From: Lama guanicoe
Taxonomy: Eukaryota
Assembly: GCA_013239625.1 (NCBI GenBank)
Contig: MU054323.1
Span: 11,005,186-11,056,550 of the forward strand
DNA length: 51,365 nt
Direction: 5' to 3'
Shown: positions 50,352 through 51,365 of the stretch, piece by piece
How the letters are laid out: each line of letters begins with the position of its first letter
Position numbering within the stretch: position 1 is the stretch's first letter
The notes under the pieces: model-generated
What the model was told of the DNA's origin: nothing
Seen by the model: the letters and a program-made list of their open reading frames with translations, nothing else
Database searches by the model: none
Position numbers and translations under genes: made by a program

Positions 50352-51365
50352 CTAGGGCAGTCTACCCAGGCAATAGAAATTAAAAGCAAAAACAAACCTA
50401 ATTAAACTTACAAGCTTTTGCACAGCAAAGGAACCCATAAGCAAACAAAAAGGCAACCTACAGAATGGGAGAAGATATTTGCAAAAGATGAGACAGGGGC
50501 TTAATTTCCAGAATATATAAACAGCTCATACAACTTAATAAGAAAAAAATGAACAACCCAATCCAAAAATGGGCAGAAGACCTAAACAAGCAATTCTCCA
50601 AGGAAGACATACAAATGGCCAATAGGCACTTGAAAATGTTCAATATCACTACCAGACAAATGCAAATCAAAACTACAATGAGGTATCACCTTACACCAGT
50701 CAGAATGGCCATCATTCAAAAGTCCACAGACAATAAATGCTGGAGAGGCTGTGGAGAAAATGGAACCCTCCTACACTGTTGGTGGGAACGTAGTTTGGTG
50801 CAGCCTATAGAAAACAGTATGGAAATTAGTCAAAAGATTAAAAATAGATTTACCATATGATCCAGCAATCCCACTCCTGGGCATATATCCAGAGGGAACC
50901 TTAAATCAAAAAGATATATACACCCCAATGTTCATAGCACTACAATAGCCAAGACATGGAAACAATCTAAATATCCATCAGCAGATGACTGGATAAAGAA
51001 GCTGGTATATTTATACAGTGGAATACGACTCAGCCATAAGAAATAATAAAATAATGCCATTTGCAACAACATGGATGGACCTAGAGATTGTCATTCTAAG
51101 TGAAGTCAGCCAGAAAGAGAAAGAAAAATACCATATGATATCACTTATGTGAATCTAAAAAATCTAAAAAAAGACAAATGAACTTACTTACAAAACAGAA
51201 ACAGACTCACAGACATAGAAAACAAACTTACGGTTACCAAAGAGATAAAAGTTTGAGATTTACAGATACTAATATATATAAAACAGATGAACAGTTAAGT
51301 TCACACTGTATAGCACAGGGAACTATATTCAATATCTTGTAGTAACATGATGAAAAAGAAAAGAG
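50352..51365 (+). mobile_element. Relatively young 5'-truncated LINE-1 (artiodactyl/camelid type), running to the window end
   Basis: ORF 50549-50860 is the ORF2p C-terminal Cys-rich region ([23 protein letters not shown]...[10 protein letters not shown]...[18 protein letters not shown]). 3'UTR tail ctgtatagcacagggaactatattcaatatcttgt. Confidence 0.93.

Overview
Mammalian genomic DNA, not prokaryotic. A cetartiodactyl, probably a camelid, is suggested by an artiodactyl-type L1 3' end, a MER41-like LTR and no recognisable Alu, B1, Bov-tA, PRE1 or SINEC; this is an inference. The one protein-coding gene is YPEL5 (+ strand). It has a CpG-island promoter with a non-coding exon 1 ending at 34414, coding exons 45528-45693 and 47163-~49067, an intact 121-aa CDS and a long 3'UTR. 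The upstream 34 kb is mostly decayed LINE-1, LINE-2, MIR, MaLR/ERVL LTRs and hAT DNA transposons. Non-routine items: (1) a decayed, apparently full-length processed pseudogene of UBE2I/UBC9 (~6272-7215); (2) a discontinuous inverted duplication (14922-15123 vs three blocks in 15525-15962); (3) an orphan CpG island about 21 kb upstream of YPEL5, built around a near-perfect (CCCGCGAGA)21 minisatellite and followed by a GC box and a strong splice donor; (4) CTCF-like motifs, one perfect and inside an LTR. I found no evidence for a novel multi-gene system. Repeat family names and boundaries are by eye and from memory, so they are approximate.
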